The notes below the pieces were generated by a model. The model had not been told where the DNA came from. It did no database searches and was given only the letters and a program-made list of their open reading frames with translations. From the NCBI GenBank assembly GCA_963803705.1, contig CAWDNU010000001.1:32001-96000 (forward strand): a DNA stretch of 64,000 bases, in the 5' to 3' direction. Position 1 is the first letter of the stretch. Each line of letters opens with the position of its first letter. The translations under genes were made by a program, and so were the position numbers. Positions 32,527 through 43,516 of the stretch are shown here, piece by piece. The stretch comes from an uncultured Pseudobdellovibrionaceae bacterium. GTDB taxonomy: Bacteria > Bdellovibrionota > Bdellovibrionia > Bdellovibrionales > UBA1609.

Positions 32527-33927
32527 TTAGTCATCCACCTCAATGGTTTCAATAATGTCGTGGGGAAGCTGGCGCCTTACTGACCTTAGGTAAGTTCTAG
32601 GACTCTGTACCATAAGATCTTTCAGATCTGTCATATAAATGTCTGCAAAGCGTTCGACTTGGTTAGCAAATTGACTCTCTTCAATTCCAACTCGCATGAT
32701 CTCGCCCCAATAGGGATTGTGAAGATTTCTTTGCTCGTTAAGCAGCGGCAGAATCTGCTTGTCAATGAGTTCGATTTTGGATTTGAACCCTCTCTTCTTT
32801 TCTTCATCTATAGCATTGTTTTTCTCTATTGCTTCTGCGATAAATAAATTAAGCTCCTCTTCAATTTGAATTTTCTCTTTCATCAACGCTTGAATTTTTT
32901 TCGATACATTTAGGCCTAATTTGTTTTGCTCAACTTCATATTCAAGCTCTTCAACAATAAGTGCAGTCCGCCACTCGCAATCTTTTTTAAGTCTTAAAAT
33001 ATCTCCGTATATATGATCACCAACATATAGAATTTGATCTCCTGTCACATTCCAGTGGTTGGATAGATGGGTAGAGGATCCTCCTTGATAGATCCCTGGT
33101 TTAAGCTCTCCCGTATGATTTTTCATCATCCCGGTTTTCGAATTGACTTCCAGAATAGGAAGCTGGTCGTAGAAAAATCTAGGCTTATTAGAAAGTGTAA
33201 TAACCCACTTAAAAATGTCGTTCCACCTTTGACCATCGGGCAAGTATTCATCGATTGCATAACTTAAAAGAGTATTCGTGTATTCAAAATCAGAATTCGT
33301 TACTAAAAAAAATTCTTTTCCATGTTTTATGTATTTCAAAATATGTCGCATAAGCTCTTCTCTTTTGAAAACATACTTATCTAGATTGTCCTTTACGATA
33401 GTTTTTATACTACCGTCTCTGTGTGATAGATCTAAGACATCTTGAAGGTGAGACGCTATTTGAGAAAACTCTGGTATCTCTTCTTTAAATTGAGTCTCTT
33501 TCAGTTCAACCAGCTGCGAAAATAAACAGGCATGAGAGATTGAAAACGTAGTATCTATAGTATCAAAATCTGAATTATTTAAATCTATGAACAACGTACC
33601 GAACTGAGTTTTCATTTTTTTGTAGTCTATTTTTTGAAGACCGTGGTAGCCCTCACGAACAGCACCGTACCTTGAAACTTTCAGTAAATTTCCTCTGTTT
33701 TTATCTATAACTAATCCGCGAATAGCTCTTTTATATTCAAATTTTAGTTTCAGAACTTCTTCAGGATAGTGGTACTTTTGAACCAACTTTTTCTTCATCT
33801 GTTCGTAGGCTAGCTCTTCAAATTTTTCAGAATCATACTTTATCAATGTGTGATCCATATCTAAACCGATATACTTTATTTTTTTTAGGTTCAGAGTTCT
33901 ATTTACGTACAATTTCATCTTGTTCAC
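32527..33927 (-). CDS. HAD-IG family (cN-II-like) 5'-nucleotidase
   Basis: GLDMDHTL, LVTNS, KPRFF, YVGDHIYGDI. Confidence 0.92.
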   Translation of the reverse strand: MNKMKLYVNRTLNLKKIKYIGLDMDHTLIKYDSEKFEELAYEQMKKKLVQKYHYPEEVLKLKFEYKRAIRGLVIDKNRGNLLKVSRYGAVREGYHGLQKIDYKKMKTQFGTLFIDLNNSDFDTIDTTFSISHACLFSQLVELKETQFKEEIPEFSQIASHLQDVLDLSHRDGSIKTIVKDNLDKYVFKREELMRHILKYIKHGKEFFLVTNSDFEYTNTLLSYAIDEYLPDGQRWNDIFKWVITLSNKPRFFYDQLPILEVNSKTGMMKNHTGELKPGIYQGGSSTHLSNHWNVTGDQILYVGDHIYGDILRLKKDCEWRTALIVEELEYEVEQNKLGLNVSKKIQALMKEKIQIEEELNLFIAEAIEKNNAIDEEKKRGFKSKIELIDKQILPLLNEQRNLHNPYWGEIMRVGIEESQFANQVERFADIYMTDLKDLMVQSPRTYLRSVRRQLPHDIIETIEVDD

Positions 33928-34022
33928 CTATAATAAAGTAGTAGTCGATCGTTTTACAATGATACATATTAAGCGACATTGTTAAAAAAATTAAATTTAG
34001 CATAGCACAATCAATTTTATAG

Positions 34023-34050
34023 TAAATGTCTGGGCCTCACCAGTCGATAA
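34023..34050 (+). promoter_or_regulatory. Candidate sigma28 (FliA) promoter
   Basis: TAAA-N16-GTCGATAA, 36 bp upstream of the PilZ gene (consensus TAAA-N15-GCCGATAA). Confidence 0.5.
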
Positions 34051-34086
34051 GCTTCCTGTTGCAATTAAATTCTTAGGGGGAATATT

Positions 34087-34464
34087 TTGAACAATAAAAG
34101 AATATCACAACGAAAAATTGTCGAAGACGTGTATTTCAGCGAATTGAGCGACTTAGATTCTAGTCTTGTAATAGCTAGAAACGGACATATCGTCGATGCT
34201 TCTTCCTCGGGATTTTTAGCTATCTTTCACAGAGACGATGCTGACCAAAGCTTAAAAAGCACTTTAACCATCGAGCATTTAATAGGAACCAAAATTGCGC
34301 TATTTTTGCCTCAGATGGAAATAGACTTGGACGGTAAAATATCTAGAACTAAACATATTGGTAAGGGCTATTTTGAAATTGGTGTTACCTTTTCAGATGA
34401 TATACCAGAGTATTGGCGAGATTGTCTAAAGGACCTGTTACCTCAGCCTGGAGAGATGGACTAA
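34087..34464 (+). CDS. PilZ domain protein
   Basis: RISQR (RxxxR) and DASSSG (DxSxxG) motifs; terminal GVTF. Confidence 0.8.
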   Translation: MNNKRISQRKIVEDVYFSELSDLDSSLVIARNGHIVDASSSGFLAIFHRDDADQSLKSTLTIEHLIGTKIALFLPQMEIDLDGKISRTKHIGKGYFEIGVTFSDDIPEYWRDCLKDLLPQPGEMD

Positions 34465-34467
34465 ATA

Positions 34468-35095
34468 TCAAATAAGCTTCTGAAGCTTAGCTTCATACAC
34501 TAAAACCACTGGCAAATGATTGGGTAAAAACCAACCGATCCCTTTTGCTATGCCCTCGTGCTCTGACTTGGGGGGACTGCCTAGCGACTCTATACTTAAA
34601 GCAAAATCATAATTTATTTTATCACGGCTTATTAGGCCGCCTCTAGGCTTTTCAATACCGGCTGATTCGATATAGTCCTTTATAAATTTCATAGCGTGGC
34701 TAGGTATGATGTCCTCAGAAACTTCAGCCACATAAATCGGAGCGTTCGGCGGAGTTTCTGTATAAACGTCATTGATGAAATACTTATTGTGTACAAAGTT
34801 CCAAATCATTCCGTAGTGAAAAATGTAATCCGGTTGCTCTTTTGTGGCATTCAACGCCAGACCCACCCCGCTATCGTAAGCCCACTGGATAACGTTGAGC
34901 GACTTATCTTCAGCGTCTTCAGGGCCACTTTTGACATCTACTAAGTATAGGTAAGGCCACCCATCCGGGCCAATTTGGATATTATTGTCAGGTATAAAAA
35001 CGCTAGAGTTCGCAAAGGACCTTAAAAAATCGCTTTCCCAAGTTCTGGTCTCTTAAACCTGAATTGATGTCTAAAAAGCTGCTTAAAGTTTTCAT
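34468..35095 (-). CDS. Hypothetical protein (frameshift near 35040)
   Basis: Open frame extends upstream through GPDGWPYL; ATG 35095 is in a neighbouring frame. Confidence 0.65.
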
Positions 35096-35135
35096 CAGAG
35101 ACCCTGAGTGTCCAGTCTTAAATTCCAATCACAAC

Positions 35136-35211
35136 TGGTAGGGAGTACAGGATTCGAACCTGCGACATCCACCTTGTAAGGGTGGCGCTCTACCAACTGA
35201 GCTAACTCCCT
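35136..35211 (-). tRNA. tRNA-Val(TAC)
   Basis: AGGGAGT/ACTCCCT acceptor stem, anticodon arm CCACC-CTTACAA-GGTGG, GTTCGAAT T-loop, encoded CCA; 76 nt. Confidence 0.97.
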
Positions 35212-35268
35212 GTAGAAGACCTTTTTGTATTCGAACACAAAGCTTTTGTCGAGCTTTTTTTGAAAGGC

Positions 35269-35896
35269 CTATTCCTCCGAACCATAGATTGGATCCTCGG
35301 TTAGACCATACAAAGTCTTAATCTTGATACCATCCGGTGTATGGGTCTCAACCTTCAAAACCAGCCCAACTATTTGATCTGTGCGCTGCTTAAAAGCACC
35401 ACATACTGCGCTTGGATCAATTTAAAATCAGAATCCTGCGTTTCAATCATGTTCTGGCTTTCCTCTACTGTCATTAAATCAGCAGGCGATTTCCAATAAC
35501 CAATGCTCACATAATATTTTTGCTGAATATTAGGAGTTACAGTTTTGTCCATTTTCCATATTAAAAATCAGCTGATCAGATGGGTCTGTGTTTCTACCAA
35601 TTCTTGCGTACACTGGTTCGAACCTGCTCTTCATTTGTCAGACTTTGCTCAATCATAGTGTACCGGTCATTGCCCCATGGCAGATAAGTCTCTGATAAAG
35701 TTAAAGAAACTTCGCTTTGCTCAATGCCGTTCTCATCCATAATCTTCCAATTTTGGCCAACAACCTGAGAATAAAACTGGGCGGACCAAGGCCATGGAAC
35801 AAAGTCTCCATTCAGCGCGCATAAATCCATGGCGCTTGCGCTGCTTATAAATAAAGAACATAGAAGGACAAAAACAGAATTTCTAAAGGTAAACAT
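35269..35896 (-). CDS. Hypothetical secreted protein, fragmented by frameshifts
   Basis: Signal peptide and AAGGAG RBS; consecutive ORF pieces ending DPIYGSEN*. Confidence 0.55.
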
Positions 35897-35908
35897 AGTA
35901 CTCCTTAC

Positions 35909-37024
35909 TTACAGCACACAAACTTTAGCAGTCTTGTCCAGGTAATACCCGTTTCGACTTCTAAAAATATATTTAGGATGTTCAATTTGAGGTTCGATCA
36001 ATTGTCGCAATCTTTTTATAGTAACATAAATTTTATTATCGTGGACGCTTGGATCATACTCTTGATCCCAGATCAGTTTAGCCAAATTTTCTTTGGAAAA
36101 AGTTTGTCCTTGGTTAGTCAGAAACAAATTTAGCATCTCTAAAAGTATAAACTGGTTCTTGACCGCAATTTCGCCCAACTGCTTTTCTTGCACAGTTGCC
36201 TGGTCCCTGTGTAAAACTAAATCATATTCTGGCTCGTCACCACCTACAATACTTTCAGCCCGCTGAAGCATTCGCAAACTATTAATGTGCTCGTCTTGTT
36301 TTATGGCTTGCCGAGCTAGCTTTAAGTGATGCTTCGATAGATCTAAATTACCTAAATGAAAATAACAAATAGAGAAATTCACATACAGATAGGATCTAAA
36401 AAATGGGTTTGGATTACTTTTTAATATATCATGGCATTTCCAAATTAAATCTAAAGCGTTCGTGTACTGACTTTGTTTCATCTGTATTTCTGTCATCAAA
36501 AAGTGGGTAGCTACTTTTATGTCTGGCAACTTAATGACATCGAAAAAGATTTCTAGGTTTTTAATTTTCTTCTCAGCTTGCTCTTGTTTTCCTTGCACAA
36601 AATAAAGGCGCGCTTGACCAAATAAAGCATTACAAATGTCTTCTTTGTTATCTTCTTGGAGTGAAAGCTTTAAGGATTCATCTAAACTTTTTTCACAAGT
36701 TTCATAATTTTTTCCGTAAAAATGAAACAAAGCTTGAGTGTAAAGTAGGGCCGCAGAGACCTGGATGTCATTTTGCTCTATCTGATATTTGAGTTGCGAA
36801 TTTAAAACTTCGATTTCCTGAGTTCTACCCATCTCAACTAGGACACGGAATAGCTTATTCTGGCACTGCAAATACTCTTTGAATGCATTCAACTGTATAA
36901 AGACGTCAGCTGCTTGCCTTAATCTGGGCTCTGCCTTTTTTAGCTCGCCCTTATCTGAATACAGGGTGCCTAGTTCATAAAATGTTTGAGCAATTTCAAA
37001 TTGGCTAAGCATGACCCCCCTCAA
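35909..37024 (-). CDS. TPR-repeat protein with C-terminal OmpR-type winged helix (transcriptional regulator)
   Basis: TPR-like helices; FSKENLAKLIW...IYVTIKRLRQLIE...GYYL. Confidence 0.85.
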   Translation of the reverse strand: MRGVMLSQFEIAQTFYELGTLYSDKGELKKAEPRLRQAADVFIQLNAFKEYLQCQNKLFRVLVEMGRTQEIEVLNSQLKYQIEQNDIQVSAALLYTQALFHFYGKNYETCEKSLDESLKLSLQEDNKEDICNALFGQARLYFVQGKQEQAEKKIKNLEIFFDVIKLPDIKVATHFLMTEIQMKQSQYTNALDLIWKCHDILKSNPNPFFRSYLYVNFSICYFHLGNLDLSKHHLKLARQAIKQDEHINSLRMLQRAESIVGGDEPEYDLVLHRDQATVQEKQLGEIAVKNQFILLEMLNLFLTNQGQTFSKENLAKLIWDQEYDPSVHDNKIYVTIKRLRQLIEPQIEHPKYIFRSRNGYYLDKTAKVCVL

Positions 37025-37137
37025 AGCACTACAATTTAAGGTTTATCTTAAATTCTCTGAAATTGGTCGAGAAGATAGGTGTTTTGGCACCCATAAGTCA
37101 TTTTTATAGATCAATTTGATAGATGATTTTTAAAGAA

Positions 37138-37923
37138 TTAATTGTTAAGCATAATCTTCATCTTTTTCTCTAAGTCCGCTAAGCGCCTTTCTAAACTTTC
37201 ATTCTGCTGGGACAGCTCCTGAACCGCTCTTAACTGTGCCATATAGATAGGGTGATAATCTAACATTAAGTACTGGCCGGAGTACAATACCGACTCAGGA
37301 AAGATCTCTGCAACTTCCTGTGCGATCAAACCACTGTCATGACGTTCAAGTAGTCCTAACTGTTTGTTATTCTTATACTCAAACTCTTTTAACTTTAACC
37401 TATTTATGTGGCTGAGGCCCTTACCAATAGCTCTAATGTTCTTTTTAAGGCGCCTATCAGATACAGTTACCCAAGCTGTACCGCCAACTGTTTTAAAGGC
37501 ATTGCCTTCAACATGTAGCTCATGAGTTGGATTGGTTGTGCCAATGCCTACGCTGCCTAATGAATCCACGAAAATTCCCTCGTTATCGGTATCTCCTGAT
37601 AAGAAGTTTCCGTTCAAGTTAATATTTCCAGTCATATCTCCACCTGAAATAGGCAAAGCAGCTGCACTATCGACTGTCGATGTAATCCACTGAGGTTCTA
37701 ATGTACTATTTAAAACTAAAATCTGACCTGCAGAGCCGGTCGATGAAACCTTTAACCCCTCTAGGCTATCAAAGAAAACACCGCCTAAGACTGGCGCATT
37801 GCCCCCAGCTGATCCAGAATTTGGAGCAATGGTTGAACTTATATCGCCCTGACGAATTTCGCCTTCAACATCACAAGAAGAAACTAGAACTGCCACGGCT
37901 AAGAAAAATAGAGCTTTCATCAT
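37138..37923 (-). CDS. Lipoprotein with fibre-like region and peptidase S74 intramolecular chaperone domain
   Basis: Lipobox VSSC; GSVGIGTTNP...LHVEG repeat; SDRRLKKNI, GLIAQEV and a terminal coiled coil. Confidence 0.85.
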   Translation of the reverse strand: MMKALFFLAVAVLVSSCDVEGEIRQGDISSTIAPNSGSAGGNAPVLGGVFFDSLEGLKVSSTGSAGQILVLNSTLEPQWITSTVDSAAALPISGGDMTGNINLNGNFLSGDTDNEGIFVDSLGSVGIGTTNPTHELHVEGNAFKTVGGTAWVTVSDRRLKKNIRAIGKGLSHINRLKLKEFEYKNNKQLGLLERHDSGLIAQEVAEIFPESVLYSGQYLMLDYHPIYMAQLRAVQELSQQNESLERRLADLEKKMKIMLNN

Positions 37924-38005
37924 TTTTAGAATATTGAGGATAAGCGGTTTACTCAACAGCTATTGGTCTAGATTGCTCTTAATAAAACCATATAGATTTT
38001 AAGAA

Positions 38006-38566
38006 CTACCCAACTAAATCTAAAGCCGCCCTTTTCCTCTTCTCAAAGTCCGGGATAGTATAATTGCTAAATTTCTGATTGAAAATTTGATCCAAAACTT
38101 GTTTGAGTTTTAGTTTTTCTACTCCACTGTCTAAAATAGCTTCAATACAGAACTTATCGGCTTCAATTTCATCATTGATTTTATAATTTACAACTTTACC
38201 CTAATCATTTTTTATCTCCTCGGTAGAGTGATTATTAAAAATATGACCTAACTCATGTAGAAAGCAAAAATCAAACAATAGTTCGTTTTCACAATTTATC
38301 TCGGCTATCCAAATGTTCCATGAATCATTAGAATCTTGATTTCCTCTGTTAGTTAAAGCTGAACCACGCTCATTAGTAACGGGCGAATTTCCCTCTTCGT
38401 ATTCGTCTGGGCTAATGATAAAAGCAGAGATATACTTTCGCGATTTAAACGGCATAATCCGTCTTTCAATATAACCTGAATACGCCTTGTATCTAGTAAC
38501 AATAAAAGGAAATTTTTCTATTGTCCCGCTCAACCATAAATTGAACTCTTCAAAATACTCATACAT
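38006..38566 (-). pseudogene. HExxH zinc metallopeptidase (ImmA/IrrE-, M48- or Lit-like) interrupted by an in-frame TAG
   Basis: FCFLHELGH before TAG 38201-38203; same frame continues through EIEADKFC to TAG 38006-38008. Confidence 0.7.
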
Positions 38567-38657
38567 ATTCTTCTCCTTTTAGTTTTAAAAAACTTAAGAA
38601 CAAACGTACAGAAAATGGTTTTTGGTTATTATTTTATTTGAAGTGAAACAGTCACAA

Positions 38658-38782
38658 TTAAAAGTTCAAGAGTGGCTTAGCTTCTAGGAAGCAAAGATTG
38701 AAATGCGGAGGCGTACTAAAAGTACGCCGCACAAATTGAAATCAAAGCTGACAACGAAGATAAGTCGCTATCGAACTTTTAA
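38658..38782. repeat. 125-bp imperfect palindromic element bounded by TTAA, overlapping the lon stop codon
   Basis: TTAAAAGTTC/GAACTTTTAA outer arms, AGTGGCTTAGCTTC/GAAGATAAGTCGCT stem, GGCGTACT-AAA-AGTACGCC core. Confidence 0.82.
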
Positions 38783-41236
38783 TGGGTTTGAAGTTGGTGA
38801 CCGGTGTATTGTGCCTTAATCCCCGAACCGCGTTCACTACGATTTTTAAAGATCTCTTTAGCGCCCTTGACGTCTAATGCATTAACTAAAACTTGGTCAA
38901 CGTGGTCCACTAAAATCACCTGAAGATCTTTTAAAACTTCTTCAGGAATATCTTTAACATCTTTTTCATTTTCCTTAGGAATAATTAATATCTTTATGCC
39001 ACCACGATGTGCAGCAATAACCTTTTCCTTAAGCCCACCAATACCTAATACGCGCCCTCTTAAAGTCACCTCTCCTGTCATAGCAGCAGTTCTTTTAACT
39101 GGAATCTTTAACATAGCAGAAACTATACTTGTAGTGATCGCGATACCAGCAGATGGACCGTCCTTAGGGATTGCCCCTTCTGGCACATGAATATGAACGT
39201 CATTGTTGAAGTAATAATCTTTATCTAAGCCAAACAATGGTCCTCTAGATCTGACATAACTTAAGGCAGCTGTGCAAGACTCTTTCATAACGTCGCCCAA
39301 TTGACCGGTGATCGTAAACTTTCCACGACCAGGAACAATTGAAACTTCAACTACTAGAAGATCTCCACCAACTTCGGTCCAAGCAAGTCCATTAGTTAAT
39401 CCAATTTCATTGGCAGACTCAATTTTACCGTGTTTAAACCTCTGAGCACCCAGTAATTCTTGAACTTTTTTAGCATTAATTTTTCTAGCCTTTTTCTTGC
39501 TGGCTGATTTCTTAGTAGAAACTTTTTTGGATCTTGTTTCTTTAAGCTCTTCATCCACAATCTCTTTGGCCACTTTACGACACAAAGTCGCCACTTGTCT
39601 TTCTAGGTTTCTAACGCCCGACTCTCTGGTGAAGTGACGAATTAAATGAGATATAGCAGTTTCTTGAATATCGACATTGTAATCAGACAAGCCATGTTTT
39701 TTTATTTGTTTCGGAACTAGATATCTTTTGGCTATTTGAAGTTTTTCCCGTTCAATGTAGCTTTCAAGCTGAATAATTTCCATACGATCAAGCAGCGGTC
39801 TTGGAATGGTGTGTAAAGAGTTCGCAGTTGTTACAAACATTACTTTTGATAGATCGTAATCAAGTTCTAGATAGTGATCTTGAAAGGTTGAGTTTTGCTC
39901 TGGATCTAAAACCTCAAGTAGTGCCGCCGACGGATCACCCCTAAAATCCATACTCATTTTATCTATTTCATCTAACAAAATTAGTGGATTGCCAGTTGAA
40001 CACTTTTTCAAAGACTGAACTATCTTGCCCGGCATCGCACCGACATATGTTCTTCTATGCCCTCTTATTTCAGCTTCATCTCTAACGCCACCTAATGAAA
40101 TTCTTGCAAACTCGCGATTCAACGCTTCCGAAATACTTCGACCTAACGATGTTTTACCAACACCAGGAGGTCCCACCAAACATAAGATCGGACCTGCAAG
40201 TTCATTGGATAAAGTTTGGACTGCCAAATATTCTAAGAATTCTTTCTTTAACTTTCTGTAAGCCCCAGTGGTCTCGATCTAAAATTTCTTTAGCTTTTGA
40301 TAACGTCTAAAGTTTCAACGGAATAATCATACCATGGAAGAGTTAAAACCCAATCAATGTAGTTTCTAATCACAGCAGCTTCAGCACTCATCGGCGACAT
40401 CATCTTTAATTTTTTTATTTCTTTTTCAATTTTATCACGTGCTTCTTGACTCATTTTTTTTGTTTTAGATTTTTCATAGAGCTCATCAATTTCAGCCTGG
40501 AAAGTCATCTTTATCGCCAAGTTCCTTTTGGATAGCCTGCATCTGTTCGTTTAAATAGTATTCTTTTTGAGACTTCTCCATTTGTTGTTTTACGCGATTT
40601 CTAATTCTTTTCTCAACTTCAAGAATTTCAATTTCCCCAGACATCATATTCAAGAGTTCTTCTAAACGCTTAGTCGGATCATCCATTTCTAATAATTTTT
40701 GCTTATCTTCAATCTTAAGATTAAGCTGAGCTACGATAATATCTGCTAATTCACTAGCACTTTCAATAGATGAAACTCTCATTAGTATTTCTGGAGGAAT
40801 ACGCTTATTTAATTTTACGTAGTTTTCAAATGCAGTTTTCACTGAACGAATTAGAGCCGTGGCTTCAACTTCATTTTTAACTTTTTCCTCTAGAATTGTA
40901 GTTTCAACTCGGAAGCATTTCTCATCTTCAATAAAATTAGAAATTTTTGCTCTTTTTTTACCTTCAACCAAAACTTTGACTGTTCCATCAGGTAGTCTAA
41001 GCAACTGAATAATAGTGCATACAGTACCGATATCAAATATATCATCTGGTCCCGGATTGTTTGTTTTTGCATCTCGCTGTGCAGACAATACGATATCTGT
41101 TTGATTGGACATCGCTTCTTCTAAAGCATTAATACTTTTTTCTCGTCCCACAAATAAGAGGCATCATCATATGAGGGAAAACTATTAAATCACGCAGTGG
41201 TAATAGTGGTAATATTTGGCTTTTGTTTTGGCTCAT
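38779..41236 (-). CDS. lon: ATP-dependent protease La (split by frameshifts)
   Basis: [11 protein letters not shown]-terminus, [23 protein letters not shown]. Confidence 0.96.
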
Positions 41237-41278
41237 TGTTTTCCCCCTTTAAAGAGTTGAAAGAGGAAAAATTCGGAT

Positions 41279-42603
41279 TTACGCGCTTTCTGCTGAAGAA
41301 TCTGAACTTCCGTCCCCTTTATTTTTTTTGGACTTATCACTTTTTTCTAAGCTATTTGAATTAGTTTTATAAACTAATTCTGGAGCTTTATCTTCAGCTG
41401 ATAACTCCTTCATCTATTATAACAGTTTTTATGTTCGACTTGGAAGGAATTTCAAACATTATATCTAACATTGACTCTTCCAGGACCCCACGAAGGCCAC
41501 GCGCCCCTGTCTTGCGTTTGATAGCTTTTTGGGCCACAGCCTTTAGTGCAGTTTGTGTAAATCTAATTCTACGCCTTCGTAATCAAACAATTTCTTATAC
41601 TGCTTAGTAAGTGCATTTTTAGGTTCAGTTAAAATACTAATTAAAGCTGTCTTCATCTAAGAGTTCCTAAAGTGGCGATTGCTGGTAGATCGTACCAATA
41701 AATTCTGGAATCAACCCATAACGAGACAAATCTTCAGGTTCAATCTTAGAAAAAATTGTGTCTGCCTGTTTGCTCTTTTCATCAGCAGTCATAATGTTAG
41801 CCGCTATTCCTAATGCCTTACTTGATAGATCGATTTTCAATAAGCTTATCAAGACCTACAAAAGCGCCACCGCATATAAACAAAATATTAGTAGTGTCTA
41901 CCTGAATAAATTCCTGCTGTGGATGTTTACGACCACCTTTTGGAGGTAAATTAGCCACTGTCCCCTCTAAAATTTTAAGCAACGCTTGCTGTACACCTTC
42001 ACCACTCACGTCTCTTGTGATGGATGGATTTTCGGACTTTCGTGTTATCTTGTCAATTTCATCGATATAAATCACACCCCGTTGGGCGCGTTCAACATCG
42101 TAGTCCGCTGATTGAAGCAAATTTAAAATCACGTTTTCAACGTCTTCGCCGACGTAACCGGCTTCAGTCAAAGACGTGGCATCTGCCATAGCAAATGGAA
42201 CGTTTAAGATTTTAGCAATTGTTTGCGCCAGTAAAGTTTTACCTGAACCAGTTGGACCAATTAACAAAACATTGCTTTTTGAAATTTCAACGTCATCTTT
42301 TTTACCAGACATTAAAGCATTCACGCGTTTGTAATGATTATGGACAGCAACAGACAATGTCTTCTTGGCCTTATCCTGACCTATAACGTAATTGCTTAAT
42401 TCTTGAAAAATCTCGCTTGGCTTAGGTACGTTGAGTGACGATGAACTTGGAGCTTCTTTTTCTTGCTCTTCTTCAATAATGTCATTGCACAGATCAATGC
42501 ACTCGTCGCATATATAAACGCCTGGACCAGCAATAAGCTTTTTGACTTCTTTTTGGCCTTTCCCACAAAAACTACAACTTAGGTCATTCTTATTTTCGCT
42601 CAT
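41279..42603 (-). CDS. clpX: ClpX ATPase (C-terminal third frameshifted)
   Basis: CSFCGK zinc finger, [26 protein letters not shown] in a downstream frame. Confidence 0.96.
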
Positions 42604-43217
42604 TATTTCTGCGCCTTTTTAATTTTTTTTCGAAATTCAACGATCTCGTCAACGATACCGTACTCTTTAGCATCTTGTGGGCTAAGAAACTTGTCTCGTT
42701 CCATGGTATCTTTTAGTTTGTCATAATCCTGACCAGTATGGTCGACGTAAATATTCGTAAGTTTTTCTTTCAAGTAAAGCATTTCTTTGGCGTGAATTTC
42801 GATATCTGTAACCTGTCCCGAAAGACCGCCACCACCAATTAAAGGCTGGTGAATCATAACTCTAGAATTCGGAAGAATATATCTTTTCCCAGCAGTGCCT
42901 GCGGCCAACAATAAAGACCCCATGCTTGCCGCTTGGCCCAAACAATAAGTCCTTACGTCACATTTCACAAACTGCATGATATCGTAAATGGCTAATCCAG
43001 CGGTAACACTGCCACCAGGTGAGTTGATGTAAAGATGTATATCTTGATCTGGATTTTCCATTTCAAGAAAAAACAACTGAGAAATAATGCTTGAAGCCAC
43101 ATCATCAGTCACCTGAGTTTGTAGCATTACTATGCGATCTTTCAATAGCCTAGAATAAATATCGTAGCTTCTTTCGCCCCTAGGGGTCTGCTCAATAACC
43201 ATTGGAATCAGCGCCAT
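42603..43217 (-). CDS. clpP: ClpP protease proteolytic subunit
   Basis: [27 protein letters not shown]. Confidence 0.97.
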   Translation of the reverse strand: MALIPMVIEQTPRGERSYDIYSRLLKDRIVMLQTQVTDDVASSIISQLFFLEMENPDQDIHLYINSPGGSVTAGLAIYDIMQFVKCDVRTYCLGQAASMGSLLLAAGTAGKRYILPNSRVMIHQPLIGGGGLSGQVTDIEIHAKEMLYLKEKLTNIYVDHTGQDYDKLKDTMERDKFLSPQDAKEYGIVDEIVEFRKKIKKAQK

Positions 43218-43516
43218 TATTTACCACCTTTATGATAGAGTTTTATCGTCGTGCGACTATAGAAATATAAGCAAATTTCAAGCCTTGTCACTATTCCTAG
43301 ACCCCTGTGTTTCAATATGGGACCTATAAATGAAATGACAAGGTCCTTACACTTTTAAAGTTTATAAACTGTGTGCTATTGAAACAGTAAAAAGTACGAG
43401 GCAAGATACATTTGCTGTCGTTATATTTGACTGATGACGTTTTTTGTTAACAATACTAAATATCAGTTTGAAACATGTGATTATCCAAGTTCAAAAAATC
43501 TACGGAGAAAATAAAT

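Noticed and set aside
34898..34911. 14-bp match to the reverse complement of one arm of the 38658 palindrome
   Set aside because: Inside a CDS; matches of this length are expected by chance in 64 kb
37138..38566. Prophage remnant
   Set aside because: No integrase, capsid, terminase or lysis genes; the fibre has a lipoprotein signal
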